From a virus (Duplodnaviria > Caudoviricetes), in IMG/VR virus record IMGVR_UViG_3300012827_000001, positions 1-64,000 of that record: DNA of 64,000 bases. One strand, given 5' to 3'. Positions 25,168 through 34,514 of this stretch are shown piece by piece. How positions within the stretch are numbered: the stretch's first letter is position 1; the number at the start of each line of letters is the position of its first letter. The notes beneath the pieces are model-generated. The model made no database searches, had not been told where the DNA came from, and saw nothing but the letters and a program-made list of their open reading frames with translations. Made by a program: the position numbers and the translations under genes.

Positions 25168-25620
25168 ATGACTGAGCAGAAGATGTCGGCGCGAGCACGC
25201 GCCTATCTGGGCATCACGGCAGGGTTCCACCTGTCGCTAGGTAGTTTCTGCCTTCTGGCGCCTCATGCGTTCATGTCGCCTTCGTATGAGGGTCTGCGAA
25301 ACGCGATGCCTGTGCCGTATTCGTTGGATCTGGCCGCGTGGGGGGCGGTGTTCGCCCTCGTCGGCATCGCGTGCGCGTTCGCGGCGGTCTTCGGGCGCGA
25401 ATCCACAGCCAGGACGTCTCTGCTGCTTTCCGTCATTGTCACGGGAGCGGTAGCGGGGTCGTTCCTCGCCAGCTGGGTGTCAGGGACGCTTCAGGGGCCG
25501 ACTGGTCCGCTCGTCTGGTTGACCTTGGCGTTCAAGGACATGACGATGCTGCGCAACCCGCTCCGCAATCCGTTCGAGCCTGTCGTACAGAGGGTGCTCG
25601 CCAACACCAACGAGGGGTGA
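25168..25620 (+). CDS. Multi-pass membrane protein (lysis cassette)
   Basis: About 4 hydrophobic segments. Confidence 0.75.
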   Translation: MTEQKMSARARAYLGITAGFHLSLGSFCLLAPHAFMSPSYEGLRNAMPVPYSLDLAAWGAVFALVGIACAFAAVFGRESTARTSLLLSVIVTGAVAGSFLASWVSGTLQGPTGPLVWLTLAFKDMTMLRNPLRNPFEPVVQRVLANTNEG

Positions 25621-25626
25621 TCCCTG

Positions 25627-26160
25627 GTGCACGTCGCCGTTGTGGGCCAGGAGATCGCAATGCAGCCGGGAGATGTTGCCCCCATCCTCACTGCGGCCGG
25701 GGTGATTGTCCTCGGCGTGCTGGGTGTGTTTCAGAACCGCGCCGGCCGCCGAGAGACACGTGAGCAGCAGATCGCCGCGCGCAAGCTTGAGGAGCGCGAG
25801 CAGAAGTTCGAGGAGATCATCGCCGCGAAGGACACGTACAAGGAACTCACTGAGGAGCTCCGATCAGAGCTTGATGCTCTGCGTGTTCGCCGCGACAAGG
25901 AGATCGCTGACACCCAGTCGCGTCATGACACCCAGGTGGAGCGCCTCAAGGACCGCTTGGACATGAAGGATTCGGAGGTGCGTGCCGCGCGTGCTTCCGA
26001 GGAGGCCCAGCGCGTTGCGTGCGGGTTGGAGCGTCAGCGCATGGCTGAGGTGGTCGCGCTGTTGACGGGTGCTCTGCGCTCGGAGGTCCACACGGAAATG
26101 GTGCGGCTGTCACACGAGGCGGCGGATGTGCATGGGGACTCCACGGAGCCTCCTCACTGA
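25627..26160 (+). CDS. Single-TM coiled-coil protein (lysis cassette)
   Basis: N-terminal ILTAAGVIVLGVLGVF followed by a charged coiled coil. Confidence 0.75.
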   Translation: MHVAVVGQEIAMQPGDVAPILTAAGVIVLGVLGVFQNRAGRRETREQQIAARKLEEREQKFEEIIAAKDTYKELTEELRSELDALRVRRDKEIADTQSRHDTQVERLKDRLDMKDSEVRAARASEEAQRVACGLERQRMAEVVALLTGALRSEVHTEMVRLSHEAADVHGDSTEPPH

Positions 26161-26208
26161 AGCCCGGTCGAGCGGTCCAGGTGAAACGGAGACTCACCTG
26201 GAGGCATC

Positions 26209-26313
26209 ATGTCTGGTCCCGAAGACCCCGAGTTCCCCATCATCCTCGATGAGGACCTGCCCGAGGGGTTCGACCCCGACGCGCTGGATGCGGACGAGGC
26301 GGACCCCTCGTGA
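26209..26313 (+). CDS. 34-aa acidic peptide coupled to the endolysin (not in ORF track)
   Basis: GGAGG RBS; MSGPEDPEFPIILDEDLPEGFDPDALDADEADPS; GTGA overlap with the lysin. Confidence 0.65.
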   Translation: MSGPEDPEFPIILDEDLPEGFDPDALDADEADPS

Positions 26314-27323
26314 GCCGCATCATCCCCCGCAGCGAGTGGGGCGCGACCCAGCCGGACGGGTTCGGCGCTCGCCCTGTCGGCTCCCTGGACAAGTGGCTTC
26401 ACCACTCGGTGACCCTGGACCTTCCCGCCCCAGCATCTGAGGAGCAGGAGAAGGCACAGATGCGCCACATCGAGAAGGTGCGTCCCGACCTCGGCAGCCG
26501 GTTCCCGTACACGTTTGCGATCTTCCGCTCTGGTCGCATCTACCAGGGGCACACGGTGGGTCGTATCGGTGCGCACACGGGTGGGCGCAACAGCACCTCG
26601 GTCGGCATCGTCCTGGTTGGCAACTACCAGACGGCTGGCCCGTCGGATGCGCAGCGTCAGGCGCTTGCGTGGCTTCTTCGTCACGGCACAGACAACGGCT
26701 GGTGGAAGGTGGCGGCACTCACGGGCGGCCACCGTGACACCAAGTCGACAGCATGCCCCGGCAATGCGGCGTACGCGGCCATCCCGGGAATCAACACGCT
26801 GGCGCTCGGCGGGAGTCCGGTTTCTACGCCCTCTCCCGCTCCGACCACCCCTTCCTCGGGACGTCGGGTCCTGACGTATGGGTCGAAGGGTGAGGACGTC
26901 AGGTTCCTGCAGTCGTTCCTCGGCCTGGCGACCGATGGGTCCTTCGGTCCTGCGACGCTGGCTGGCGTCAAGAAGTACCAGGCTGCGGTGGGCCTCGTCG
27001 CGGACGGGTCGGTTGGCCCGCTGACCTGGGCGAAGATCGGCGCCGGTGTGCGGCCCGGCGCCCCCGCTCCGGCCCCCGCTCCGGCTCCGAGCCCGAGTTC
27101 CCCGGTGCTTCGTCGTGGTTCTACGGGCCAGGCGGTGCGCAACCTGCAGGCGGGCCTGAACCGGGCCTTCCCTGCTTACTCGAAGCTCTCCGTGGATGGA
27201 AGCTTCGGCCCCGCCACCGAGAAGGTGGTCAAGGAGTTCCAGCGCCGAGTCAGCATCGCGCAGGACGGCTCGGTCGGCCCTGTGACGCGCGGCAAGCTCG
27301 CGGCGCACGGCGTCACGTTCTGA
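26310..27323 (+). CDS. Endolysin: N-acetylmuramoyl-L-alanine amidase plus two peptidoglycan-binding domains
   Basis: WLHHS, GAHTGGRN, GGHRD...STACPG; L.YGSKGEDVRFLQ and LRRGSTGQAVRNLQ...DGSFGPAT. Confidence 0.93.
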   Translation: MSRIIPRSEWGATQPDGFGARPVGSLDKWLHHSVTLDLPAPASEEQEKAQMRHIEKVRPDLGSRFPYTFAIFRSGRIYQGHTVGRIGAHTGGRNSTSVGIVLVGNYQTAGPSDAQRQALAWLLRHGTDNGWWKVAALTGGHRDTKSTACPGNAAYAAIPGINTLALGGSPVSTPSPAPTTPSSGRRVLTYGSKGEDVRFLQSFLGLATDGSFGPATLAGVKKYQAAVGLVADGSVGPLTWAKIGAGVRPGAPAPAPAPAPSPSSPVLRRGSTGQAVRNLQAGLNRAFPAYSKLSVDGSFGPATEKVVKEFQRRVSIAQDGSVGPVTRGKLAAHGVTF

Positions 27324-27327
27324 GGAG

Positions 27328-27576
27328 ATGATCTGCATGGTGTGGACCAAGAAGTTCTGGCAGGGTGCGGCGGAACGTGCCTTGAAGACGTTCCTGCAGA
27401 CGGGCGTGGCTGTTCTTGTTGCCCAGGTGGGGGCGGAGACGATCGGGGTGACTGCGGGGCTGACGGATGTCAACGCGCTGTCTGCGCTGAACGTTGCCGG
27501 CCTGGCGGCGTTCCTGTCGCTGGCGACGTCGGTGGGCAATGCGGACTTCACGGCGGGCCCCGACAGCGAGTGGTGA
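27328..27576 (+). CDS. Holin (r1t-like)
   Basis: KFWQGAAERALKTFLQT plus two hydrophobic helices. Confidence 0.85.
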   Translation: MICMVWTKKFWQGAAERALKTFLQTGVAVLVAQVGAETIGVTAGLTDVNALSALNVAGLAAFLSLATSVGNADFTAGPDSEW

Positions 27577-27600
27577 TGTTTGCTCGCTAGGCAAGCCAGA

Positions 27601-27641
27601 TCGACCCCCTCATCCTGGGTAGGCGCCCGGGTGAGGGGGTC
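27601..27641 (+). terminator. Hairpin after the holin
   Basis: TCGACCCCCTCA...TGAGGGGGTCGA. Confidence 0.6.
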
Positions 27642-27663
27642 GATTGCTGCTAGCGCAGGAATC
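27642..27663. promoter_or_regulatory. Dispersed palindrome copy
   Basis: GATTGCTGC TAGC GCAGGAATC, 25 bp before GTG27689. Confidence 0.8.
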
Positions 27664-27688
27664 TCGTGCCGGAGTGAGGAGTGACCAC

Positions 27689-28090
27689 GTGGCGCAGACC
27701 ATCGGCCGCCGGGCCCTGATCGAGGATGTCACCTGGGTCATCAGCCAGGGCGCGACCAACACCTTCGCGATCCAGTGGAACATCGGCCCCGCTGGTGAGC
27801 CCGAGCTCTACGACTTCTCCGACCACACGGCGCGGTGTCAGGCGCGACGCAAGCCTGGCATGGACCCGTGGTTCACCCTGACCGACGAGGCTGGACCTGA
27901 CGGCCAGATCGAGCTGGATGGCGACACGCTCACGGTCACGCTTCTGCCGGAGGCGTCCTCCGAGTGGCGTCAGGCCAACAAGTCTGGTCAGTGGGACCTC
28001 GAAGTCGTGGATCCCGCCGGTGAGGTCATCCGCATGGCGATGGGGCCGGTGGAGGTTTCGCTCGAAGTGACCGTGACTGAGGAGATCTGA
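27689..28090 (+). CDS. Fibre adaptor-like (BppU-N/LtfC-like) beta protein
   Basis: YDFSDHTARCQAR...GQWDLEVVDPAGEVIR pattern; GAGGAG RBS. Confidence 0.6.
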   Translation: MAQTIGRRALIEDVTWVISQGATNTFAIQWNIGPAGEPELYDFSDHTARCQARRKPGMDPWFTLTDEAGPDGQIELDGDTLTVTLLPEASSEWRQANKSGQWDLEVVDPAGEVIRMAMGPVEVSLEVTVTEEI

Positions 28091-29694
28091 TGGGCATCGT
28101 CATCGATGGGGCCCATGGGGGCACCCTGCTCATCGAGCAGCCTGCCGAGGTCGAGGGCATTACCGTCTATGCCGGCCCCCGCGGTGCGCGTGGTGAGCCC
28201 GGCGCCGACGGATCTCCTGGTGCTGACGGTGCGCCTGGGGCGTCCGCTTACGAGGTGTGGCTCGCGGCTGGAAACACCGGCTCTGAGGTCGAGTTCCTGC
28301 AGTCCCTGCAGGGGGATCCGGGGGAACGGGGCGAGGCGGGGGATCAGGGACCAGCGGGAGATGACGGCCAGGACGGACTCAGTGCCTACGAGGTCGCTCT
28401 CCAGCACGGCTTCGATGGGACCGAGGAAGACTGGCTCGCGTCGCTGGTCGGTGCTGAAGGTGCGCCCGGCGAGCCTGGCCCCAAGGGAGACCAGGGAGAC
28501 ACCGGCCCCGCGGGCGAGCCTGGGCCGAAGGGCGATCCGGGGGAGCCTGCTGACGAGGCCGCGCTCCTCGCGCTGCGAGACGACGTCGACTCGCAGGCCA
28601 TCGCGATCTCCAACCTGGGGAGCGACGTGGGGTCGCTCGCCAGCCGGGTTGGTGACGCGGAGGGGCAGATCACCACCCTTGGATCCAACGCCGACTCCAT
28701 GTTCACGCGTGTGGGCGAGGTTGAGGACGAGGTCGAGGGCCTGTCCGACAGGGTGACAGAAGTTGAGGAGGCTGACACCGGGCGAGTCCTGGGTGGGGCC
28801 GCCGAGACGTGGACGGGATCGGATGGAGCTGTTGCAGTCGGCCCTGGCTCCAAGGTGTCGGCGGGCAGCCAGCGGGGGTCCGCGGTGGGTGAGGACGCGC
28901 TGGTGACAGCGAGTCCTGACTCGCTCGCAGTGGGTCACGGGGCGCAGGCCACTGCTGGCGCCTCTACAACCGTGGTGGGCGCTGGGGCGCAGGCATCCCA
29001 GTCGGCGTCCAGCTCTGTCGTTGTCGGCCAGGGCGCCCAGGCCAACCAGGGCTCTACGGGCGCCACCGTTGTGGGTAAGGGGGCGCGTGCGCAGAGCGGC
29101 GCACAGGGAGCGGTCGCGCTGGGCCTCAACGCTGCCGCTGTCCACCCCGGCGCGATCGTGATCGGATCCGCCGAGAGCACGGCTGCAGGCCAGGCCACCG
29201 TGGGCGCTGGCGCTCTACGCGTTGCACGCCCCGTTGGCCTTGGAGAGGGGCCAACCGTTCTTGAGTTGCAGGGGCCCGACGGCGAGTTCGTCGAGGTTGG
29301 CATTGACGAGGACGGCCTGCTGTACCCCGTGCCGTCCGGCGGTGGCGGCGGTGTGCCGTCGGTGCAGGAGACGACCCTCGCGGAGGCCGACGGTGACGGG
29401 ACGGTGGCGCTCGCAGCCGCGGCGACGGTCCTCGCGGTTGAGGTGCAGGACGCGGCCCGTGTTCGCCTGTACCGCACGGCGGCGGGCAGGGCTGCGGACG
29501 CGGCTCGCGGCCCGGGTGTGGCCTACGACCCGGCGACGGGGGCCGGGCTGCTGATCGCGACCGCAGGACCGGGTGTGGACCTTGAGCGGCCGGTCGATGT
29601 CGCGTGGGCACCTGGCGAGACCACCTACTACTACCGGGTCGACGGCGGCCCGACGGACGTCACCCTGACCTGGGTGCAGACGGGGAGCATCTGA
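28090..29694 (+). CDS. Collagen-like fibre protein with coiled coil and YadA-head-like repeats
   Basis: G-X-Y tracts, two SAYEV...SL.G units, heptads, xxVVGxGAQA repeats. Confidence 0.85.
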   Translation: MGIVIDGAHGGTLLIEQPAEVEGITVYAGPRGARGEPGADGSPGADGAPGASAYEVWLAAGNTGSEVEFLQSLQGDPGERGEAGDQGPAGDDGQDGLSAYEVALQHGFDGTEEDWLASLVGAEGAPGEPGPKGDQGDTGPAGEPGPKGDPGEPADEAALLALRDDVDSQAIAISNLGSDVGSLASRVGDAEGQITTLGSNADSMFTRVGEVEDEVEGLSDRVTEVEEADTGRVLGGAAETWTGSDGAVAVGPGSKVSAGSQRGSAVGEDALVTASPDSLAVGHGAQATAGASTTVVGAGAQASQSASSSVVVGQGAQANQGSTGATVVGKGARAQSGAQGAVALGLNAAAVHPGAIVIGSAESTAAGQATVGAGALRVARPVGLGEGPTVLELQGPDGEFVEVGIDEDGLLYPVPSGGGGGVPSVQETTLAEADGDGTVALAAAATVLAVEVQDAARVRLYRTAAGRAADAARGPGVAYDPATGAGLLIATAGPGVDLERPVDVAWAPGETTYYYRVDGGPTDVTLTWVQTGSI

Positions 29695-30650
29695 TGGGCA
29701 AGGCCACGTTCAGCAGCTCGTTCACCAACGCCTCCGACGCGACCTTCCGAGCATGGGTGGGGGCATTCCTTGGGGCGCTGGACGCAGCCGGTGCGGCAAG
29801 AGCGCCGGACACCGGTCAGATCGACCCGAGCACGATCACGGTGCCGGGCTCAGTGAATGGCGTTGCTGGATACGCCATGTACTTTCTCGACGACGCGCTC
29901 CACGCCACACACCCGGTGTACATCAGGCTGCAGTTCGGTCGCGGCGCAACGACGGCGTCTCGTCCAGCGATGTGGCTGACGATCGGGAAGGCGACGGATG
30001 GAGCCGGGGGAATGAGCCAAATCCTCCTGCCGGAAACGAATGTGTCCGGGGTGGGGGTCTCTACTGAGTCAACCACCGTGTTTGACGGCATTGCCGTTGC
30101 TGGCGACGGTTATCTGGCGCTCATGCCTGGCATCAACGACTCGACGACGGATATTCGCACCAACTACGTGCTGGTGGAACGGTCCCGCACGCATGATGGT
30201 GCACCCTATGGGGATGCGCTACTGGTGGCAGGGGGCGCGCCCACCAGTGCTCAGAGCCATGGGCACTTCGCGTATGTGCCACCCATCCGAGCGATCACCT
30301 ACAGCGCGGGCGGCAGCATGGAGTGGACGGCGCCCGTGGTGCTCCCGGCTCGCGTGAACGGTAATGTGATCGGGTCCGGGTCGTCGCTTGCGGCGGGCGG
30401 GATCGGGCCGGTGTTTCCCTGGGTTCTCATGGCACCGTCCGTCGCGCCCTGGCAGTCTTGCGTGTTCGTGACCTATCCTCCGGGCGACTTCCCAGGCGGC
30501 GACTTCGAGACAACTCTGTGCGGCGGCACTGCGACCTTTCGGCCGGTCGCTTTGTCGGTTCGCTATGCGTTCGGGATCACTGCCCAGCCGAATGCCCAGA
30601 CGGCTACCTACAACAGGACGGGCGGCCTTGCTGTTCGGTGGGAGGACTGA
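29694..30650 (+). CDS. Putative virion/fibre-associated protein
   Basis: Coupled; Gly/Thr/Ala-rich beta composition. Confidence 0.6.
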   Translation: MGKATFSSSFTNASDATFRAWVGAFLGALDAAGAARAPDTGQIDPSTITVPGSVNGVAGYAMYFLDDALHATHPVYIRLQFGRGATTASRPAMWLTIGKATDGAGGMSQILLPETNVSGVGVSTESTTVFDGIAVAGDGYLALMPGINDSTTDIRTNYVLVERSRTHDGAPYGDALLVAGGAPTSAQSHGHFAYVPPIRAITYSAGGSMEWTAPVVLPARVNGNVIGSGSSLAAGGIGPVFPWVLMAPSVAPWQSCVFVTYPPGDFPGGDFETTLCGGTATFRPVALSVRYAFGITAQPNAQTATYNRTGGLAVRWED

Positions 30651-30862
30651 TGGCTGACTCCTGGGCTCCCGCCTACGAGCTGAGCGGCGCGATCTCGACT
30701 GTGACCTCCGCCTATGTCGTCACCGGGCTCCTGGACAGGTGGTTCCTGCAGGGGGCGCTCCCGGTGTCCAACACGTCCGCGGGGCAGTGGCTCATGGACC
30801 AGGTCGGATACGCGCCCCCGCGTGACCGCCTCACCCCCGGACGCGAGTACCCCCGCACCTAA
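30650..30862 (+). CDS. Hypothetical protein
   Basis: GGAGG RBS; TGATG coupling. Confidence 0.55.
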   Translation: MADSWAPAYELSGAISTVTSAYVVTGLLDRWFLQGALPVSNTSAGQWLMDQVGYAPPRDRLTPGREYPRT

Positions 30863-30934
30863 TGCCGAAGCCCAGGGGCCCCACACACCACCAAGTGTGC
30901 GGGGCCCCTCGCATACCCAGTCGATCCAAGAGGC

Positions 30935-31429
30935 ATGTCATACCACGTCCAGTCTTTCTCCTACGCGGAGTCAGTCTCTATGCACCCCGCGCCCGATGGC
31001 GTGGTTGCCTTCACGGGGGGCGAGCCGCTCATCTGCCTGGATGGCGACTGGGCGCCGCTCCGCTGGCATGACGCCGGCGCGGTACTGGACGACTACTACG
31101 TGGCCACAGAGACCCCCGGACCTACGTGGTGGAACATCCTCCCAGACAGAAGCACTGTCTATCTGTTCCCGCTCGAAGATGACATCACGATCAACTTCAT
31201 GTCCGCCTCGGCCGAAGACACTGGCTGGAGGTCGCCCAGGGTGACGTTCGAGTTGATTCAGGATGCCACGGGGGGTCGTGCTGTCGCTCTCGCAGGTGAT
31301 GTTCTCGTCCCCGGTGGGAGCTTGCCGACGGTGGACACGACTGCAGAGACGAGCACCGTGATGACGTTCCTGTTCGTCGGGCGATGCTGGGTCCTGGAGT
31401 CTTTCCAGACAGGCCTCGCGCCGGTCTAG
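30935..31429 (+). CDS. Putative fibre tip protein
   Basis: LIQDATGGRAV...GGSLPTVDTT motif typical of phage fibre C-terminal domains. Confidence 0.55.
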   Translation: MSYHVQSFSYAESVSMHPAPDGVVAFTGGEPLICLDGDWAPLRWHDAGAVLDDYYVATETPGPTWWNILPDRSTVYLFPLEDDITINFMSASAEDTGWRSPRVTFELIQDATGGRAVALAGDVLVPGGSLPTVDTTAETSTVMTFLFVGRCWVLESFQTGLAPV

Positions 31430-32250
31430 TCCACGCCCTTGGGGCGCTCCCGAGGCGAGTCGATGTCGTCCCACGCCGCGCCAGGCACCCACCCCTGCTT
31501 CCGCGCCCACTGCTGGTAGCGCTCGCGCCCCCACCTTCCCTTCCCGGAGGGGAGTAGGGGCGCTTGCTGCTTGCTGAGCTCCCGGTACAGGGCGTCGACC
31601 CGTCGGATGGTGTCCGCGTAGCCCTTCGTCCTGAAGCCGTGGAGTTCTCTTTCCAGGACGCGCCGATTGATCCCGAGACGGTCGGCCAGGTAGGGGACGG
31701 ACCAGCCCTCCGCCACGAGGGCCTGGAGGCGCCTCTGCATCCCCAGCGCGGGCAGGTAGCCGTTGTGCTTGGGGGGAGCCGGCCTGACGCCCAGGAGGGC
31801 CTCTGCGGTCGTCTGGGTGACGCTCTTGCGGTGCCCGTTGAGCACCTTGGAGATGGTCTCCAGGCAGACGCCGGACCGTGCCGCGATGTCCTGCCGAGTC
31901 ATACTTGTGACTAGAGAATTCAGATGCTTCTCGACGGGCTGCACCGGGAGGTACCCCCCGGTGCCTTTCAGTCGCTTGTCCCTGTACCAGAGGTTCCGAT
32001 CTACCCTGTAGGCGGCACTGCAGGCCGGGCAGTGGCAGTCGTCCCGGCGGTACATGGTCGCAGTGCCGTGTTCGTGGATGCCGCCGTGCGCGCAGACCTT
32101 CGGTGTGGTGTCGATCCGTGCACGCCTGGCGGCGCCCCGTTCCCGACTTGCCGCCAGGGCAATCTGCGTCTCGCACTTGTGCTTGGCCATGCCGAGCTTG
32201 CTGCCCTCGTATGGGCACGTCGGGCATCTCAGGGTTGTAGTGGTCGGCAT
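31426..32250 (-). CDS. Zn-finger plus double HTH DNA-binding protein
   Basis: CPTC..KHKC, HGTATMY..DCHCPAC, MTRQDIAARSGVCLETISKV, WSVPYLADRLGI. Confidence 0.8.
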   Translation of the reverse strand: MPTTTTLRCPTCPYEGSKLGMAKHKCETQIALAASRERGAARRARIDTTPKVCAHGGIHEHGTATMYRRDDCHCPACSAAYRVDRNLWYRDKRLKGTGGYLPVQPVEKHLNSLVTSMTRQDIAARSGVCLETISKVLNGHRKSVTQTTAEALLGVRPAPPKHNGYLPALGMQRRLQALVAEGWSVPYLADRLGINRRVLERELHGFRTKGYADTIRRVDALYRELSKQQAPLLPSGKGRWGRERYQQWARKQGWVPGAAWDDIDSPRERPKGVD

Positions 32251-32287
32251 CTGTCCATGATGGGAGGGGCCGCGCGTGGAGGTCCAG

Positions 32288-32323
32288 CCGACGCGATTCC
32301 TGCTAGCGCACAGATCGCGTCGG
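32288..32323. promoter_or_regulatory. Dispersed palindrome copy with extended arms
   Basis: CCGACGCGATTCCTGC TAGC GCACAGATCGCGTCGG. Confidence 0.8.
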
Positions 32324-32425
32324 TGCGCGCGCGGCGCCGGGGCCCGTGATCTCCACGTGATCGTCGGAGCTCACCCATGTCTCTCTAACTACTGCTGCAC
32401 AAGAGTGAAGGGTAGGGGTGTACGA

Positions 32426-32447
32426 GATACCTGCTAGCGCAGGAATC
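32426..32447. promoter_or_regulatory. Dispersed palindrome copy
   Basis: GATACCTGC TAGC GCAGGAATC. Confidence 0.8.
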
Positions 32448-32455
32448 GTAGTGTG

Positions 32456-32485
32456 TTGACAGAGTCTCTGATGGACAACCACGAT
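32456..32485 (+). promoter_or_regulatory. Possible SigA-type promoter
   Basis: TTGACA-18 bp-CACGAT upstream of the HTH gene. Confidence 0.4.
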
Positions 32486-32595
32486 TTGAACTCCCCTGGT
32501 TCTCTTCCATCAAGCATGTCACCCCCGGGACTGAATCAGGGGATCCCTATCGACTTCAACTGTTAACGCGTGCGCGCGCGCGTGAGGAGACCGCC

Positions 32596-32844
32596 ATGCC
32601 CACAGCGACTGCGACCGATGGTCGAGCGGACCGTACGTACATCCGAGCCTGGACTCCCGCAGAGTGGCGCGAGGCATCGGCCCGGGGCGGCCGGCAGTCC
32701 GGAGTGACGCAGAGGGCCAAGTGGCAGCCTCAGCGGGAGGAAGCGTTGCGCCTGGTGGCCCACGGCACCCACCCGGAGGATGCGGCGCGAGCAGTCGGAG
32801 TCTCGCGGCGCACTGTGTCACGCTGGATCAAGGCTGCTCACTGA
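32596..32844 (+). CDS. Small HTH protein
   Basis: THPEDAARAVGVSRRTVSRWIK; GAGGAG RBS. Confidence 0.8.
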   Translation: MPTATATDGRADRTYIRAWTPAEWREASARGGRQSGVTQRAKWQPQREEALRLVAHGTHPEDAARAVGVSRRTVSRWIKAAH

Positions 32845-33716
32845 TGGCAGCCCGCTTCCGTCACCCCACGGGGGCCCAGTTGCCGCCAAGCAGCACGCTG
32901 CGTGGCGCCCGAGCCCAGGTGCCGGTTGCTGCAGCGGCCCGGCCGGAGCGGCAGGTTGCTCCAGCGATCAAGGTGGCGCCGGTGAAGATGGATGCCTGGT
33001 TCGAGGGCGCGGTGGGTTACGCGGCCGACAAGCTGCTGTCGCCCCTGGCTCGTGACTGGATGAATCTGAGCCTGGCGAATCAGGACATCGTGGTGGTGTT
33101 GTGGGAGCCGTTGGCGGATGCGCCGCAGGTGTGGTCGTCGTCGGAGTATCTGGATGCGCTGCGGCGGCGGGCGAATCCTCTGACGAGGATGCAGGGGCTT
33201 GTGCCTGGGGTTGCCTACACGTTCATCCTGGGCGACTTGGTAGTCCCGGAGGATGGCCCTGCGGTGACGACCCTGCAGTCGGGTGTGGAGTTCATCGACA
33301 CCGTCCTGCGCAGCGAGGAGGGGGATCCGTCTGGTGGCATGACTCGCTGGGCGTCGCGACTCATCATCCCAGGCAGGGTCACTAGCCGGCCGCGGACGTT
33401 GGCCTACTACAGGGGCCTTGCGAAGGTGGTTGGCCGCGGCGGCCCTGAGCATGAGAAGACTTTCCTGCAGGTGATCTCTCGGTGGAGCGCAGCGATCGAT
33501 GAGGTTGAGGCGGCTGCTGAGATGGCCGGCTTGTCCCACCCCGGCAGCAGCATCTCGCCGGAGATGGAGAAGCGCGCGCGGGGGTGGGTGCTTCAGGACG
33601 TGCTGACGACGGGGTCCATCCAGCAGCTGGCGGCGTATTCGCAGGCGGCGACCCGCGAGTTGGCAGCAGCGAAGGTCGCGCGAGACCAGGCGGTGGCGGC
33701 CTACCTCGGGGACTGA
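32844..33716 (+). CDS. Hypothetical protein
   Basis: TGATG coupling; long ORF. Confidence 0.7.
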   Translation: MAARFRHPTGAQLPPSSTLRGARAQVPVAAAARPERQVAPAIKVAPVKMDAWFEGAVGYAADKLLSPLARDWMNLSLANQDIVVVLWEPLADAPQVWSSSEYLDALRRRANPLTRMQGLVPGVAYTFILGDLVVPEDGPAVTTLQSGVEFIDTVLRSEEGDPSGGMTRWASRLIIPGRVTSRPRTLAYYRGLAKVVGRGGPEHEKTFLQVISRWSAAIDEVEAAAEMAGLSHPGSSISPEMEKRARGWVLQDVLTTGSIQQLAAYSQAATRELAAAKVARDQAVAAYLGD

Positions 33717-33719
33717 CGC

Positions 33720-33741
33720 GATTTGTGCTAGCGCAGGAATC
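33720..33741. promoter_or_regulatory. Dispersed palindrome copy
   Basis: GATTTGTGC TAGC GCAGGAATC in the intergenic gap before 33786. Confidence 0.8.
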
Positions 33742-33785
33742 GTGGCGGCGAGATTGTTTGCGGGCCCGGCAAGCATGGTGTAGGT

Positions 33786-34514
33786 ATGGGTGGACGGGGC
33801 AGCGGGCGTAGGCCGCACGCGGAGACGTTGCAGAATCGCATCGAGGCTGCGCGCGAGGATGCGCAGGGCGTTGAGGTCAAGGAGTTCTCCGAGCCGATCG
33901 AGGTGCCGCCGTGCATCGTGAAGCAGCCGACAGGGTCGGAGATCACGGTCCAGGGCGAGGCCGAGGAGAAGTTTTACGCCCAGCAGCGCGACAAGTACGT
34001 CAACGAGTTCAAGTTCGAGTCGTCGGCTGACCTTGCTGACCTTGACGCCCTTCTCATGCATGAGTTGTTGGACTACCGGTACACCACCCAGCTCGCGTCG
34101 GGCAAGGCGTACGACGGTCGCCTCCTGGTGTACGGGGAGGAGGACCAGCTCCGGCAGAACAAGCTCGCTGAGGCGAAGGTCATCGCTGACCTGAAGAAGC
34201 AGCTCGGCATCTCAAGAGCCTCTCGGGACGGCACACAGAGTGATGTCTACGCCTACATTCAGAATCTTCTGAAGCGAGGGCGCGAATTCGGGGCCTACCG
34301 GAACGATCAGATCTACCGCGCGATCGTCCTCGCCAATGAGTTGACTTCGATCGTAGGGACGTTCGACCGCTCGAACGAGAACGAGCGACGCATCGTCGGC
34401 TACGAGACAGAAGCCGACATCGTCAACTGGGTGCGCGAGAAGTTCATCCCGCAATTTCGTGAAGTCGACGAGGCCTTTCAGCAGGGCCAGAAGTCATGGG
34501 TGGGGCAGCTGTGA
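33786..34514 (+). CDS. Hypothetical protein, candidate terminase small subunit
   Basis: Helical, charged; two genes upstream of the large terminase. Confidence 0.5.
   Translation: MGGRGSGRRPHAETLQNRIEAAREDAQGVEVKEFSEPIEVPPCIVKQPTGSEITVQGEAEEKFYAQQRDKYVNEFKFESSADLADLDALLMHELLDYRYTTQLASGKAYDGRLLVYGEEDQLRQNKLAEAKVIADLKKQLGISRASRDGTQSDVYAYIQNLLKRGREFGAYRNDQIYRAIVLANELTSIVGTFDRSNENERRIVGYETEADIVNWVREKFIPQFREVDEAFQQGQKSWVGQL

Noticed and set aside
28177-28550. DNA tandem repeats
   Set aside because: Explained by collagen G-X-Y coding
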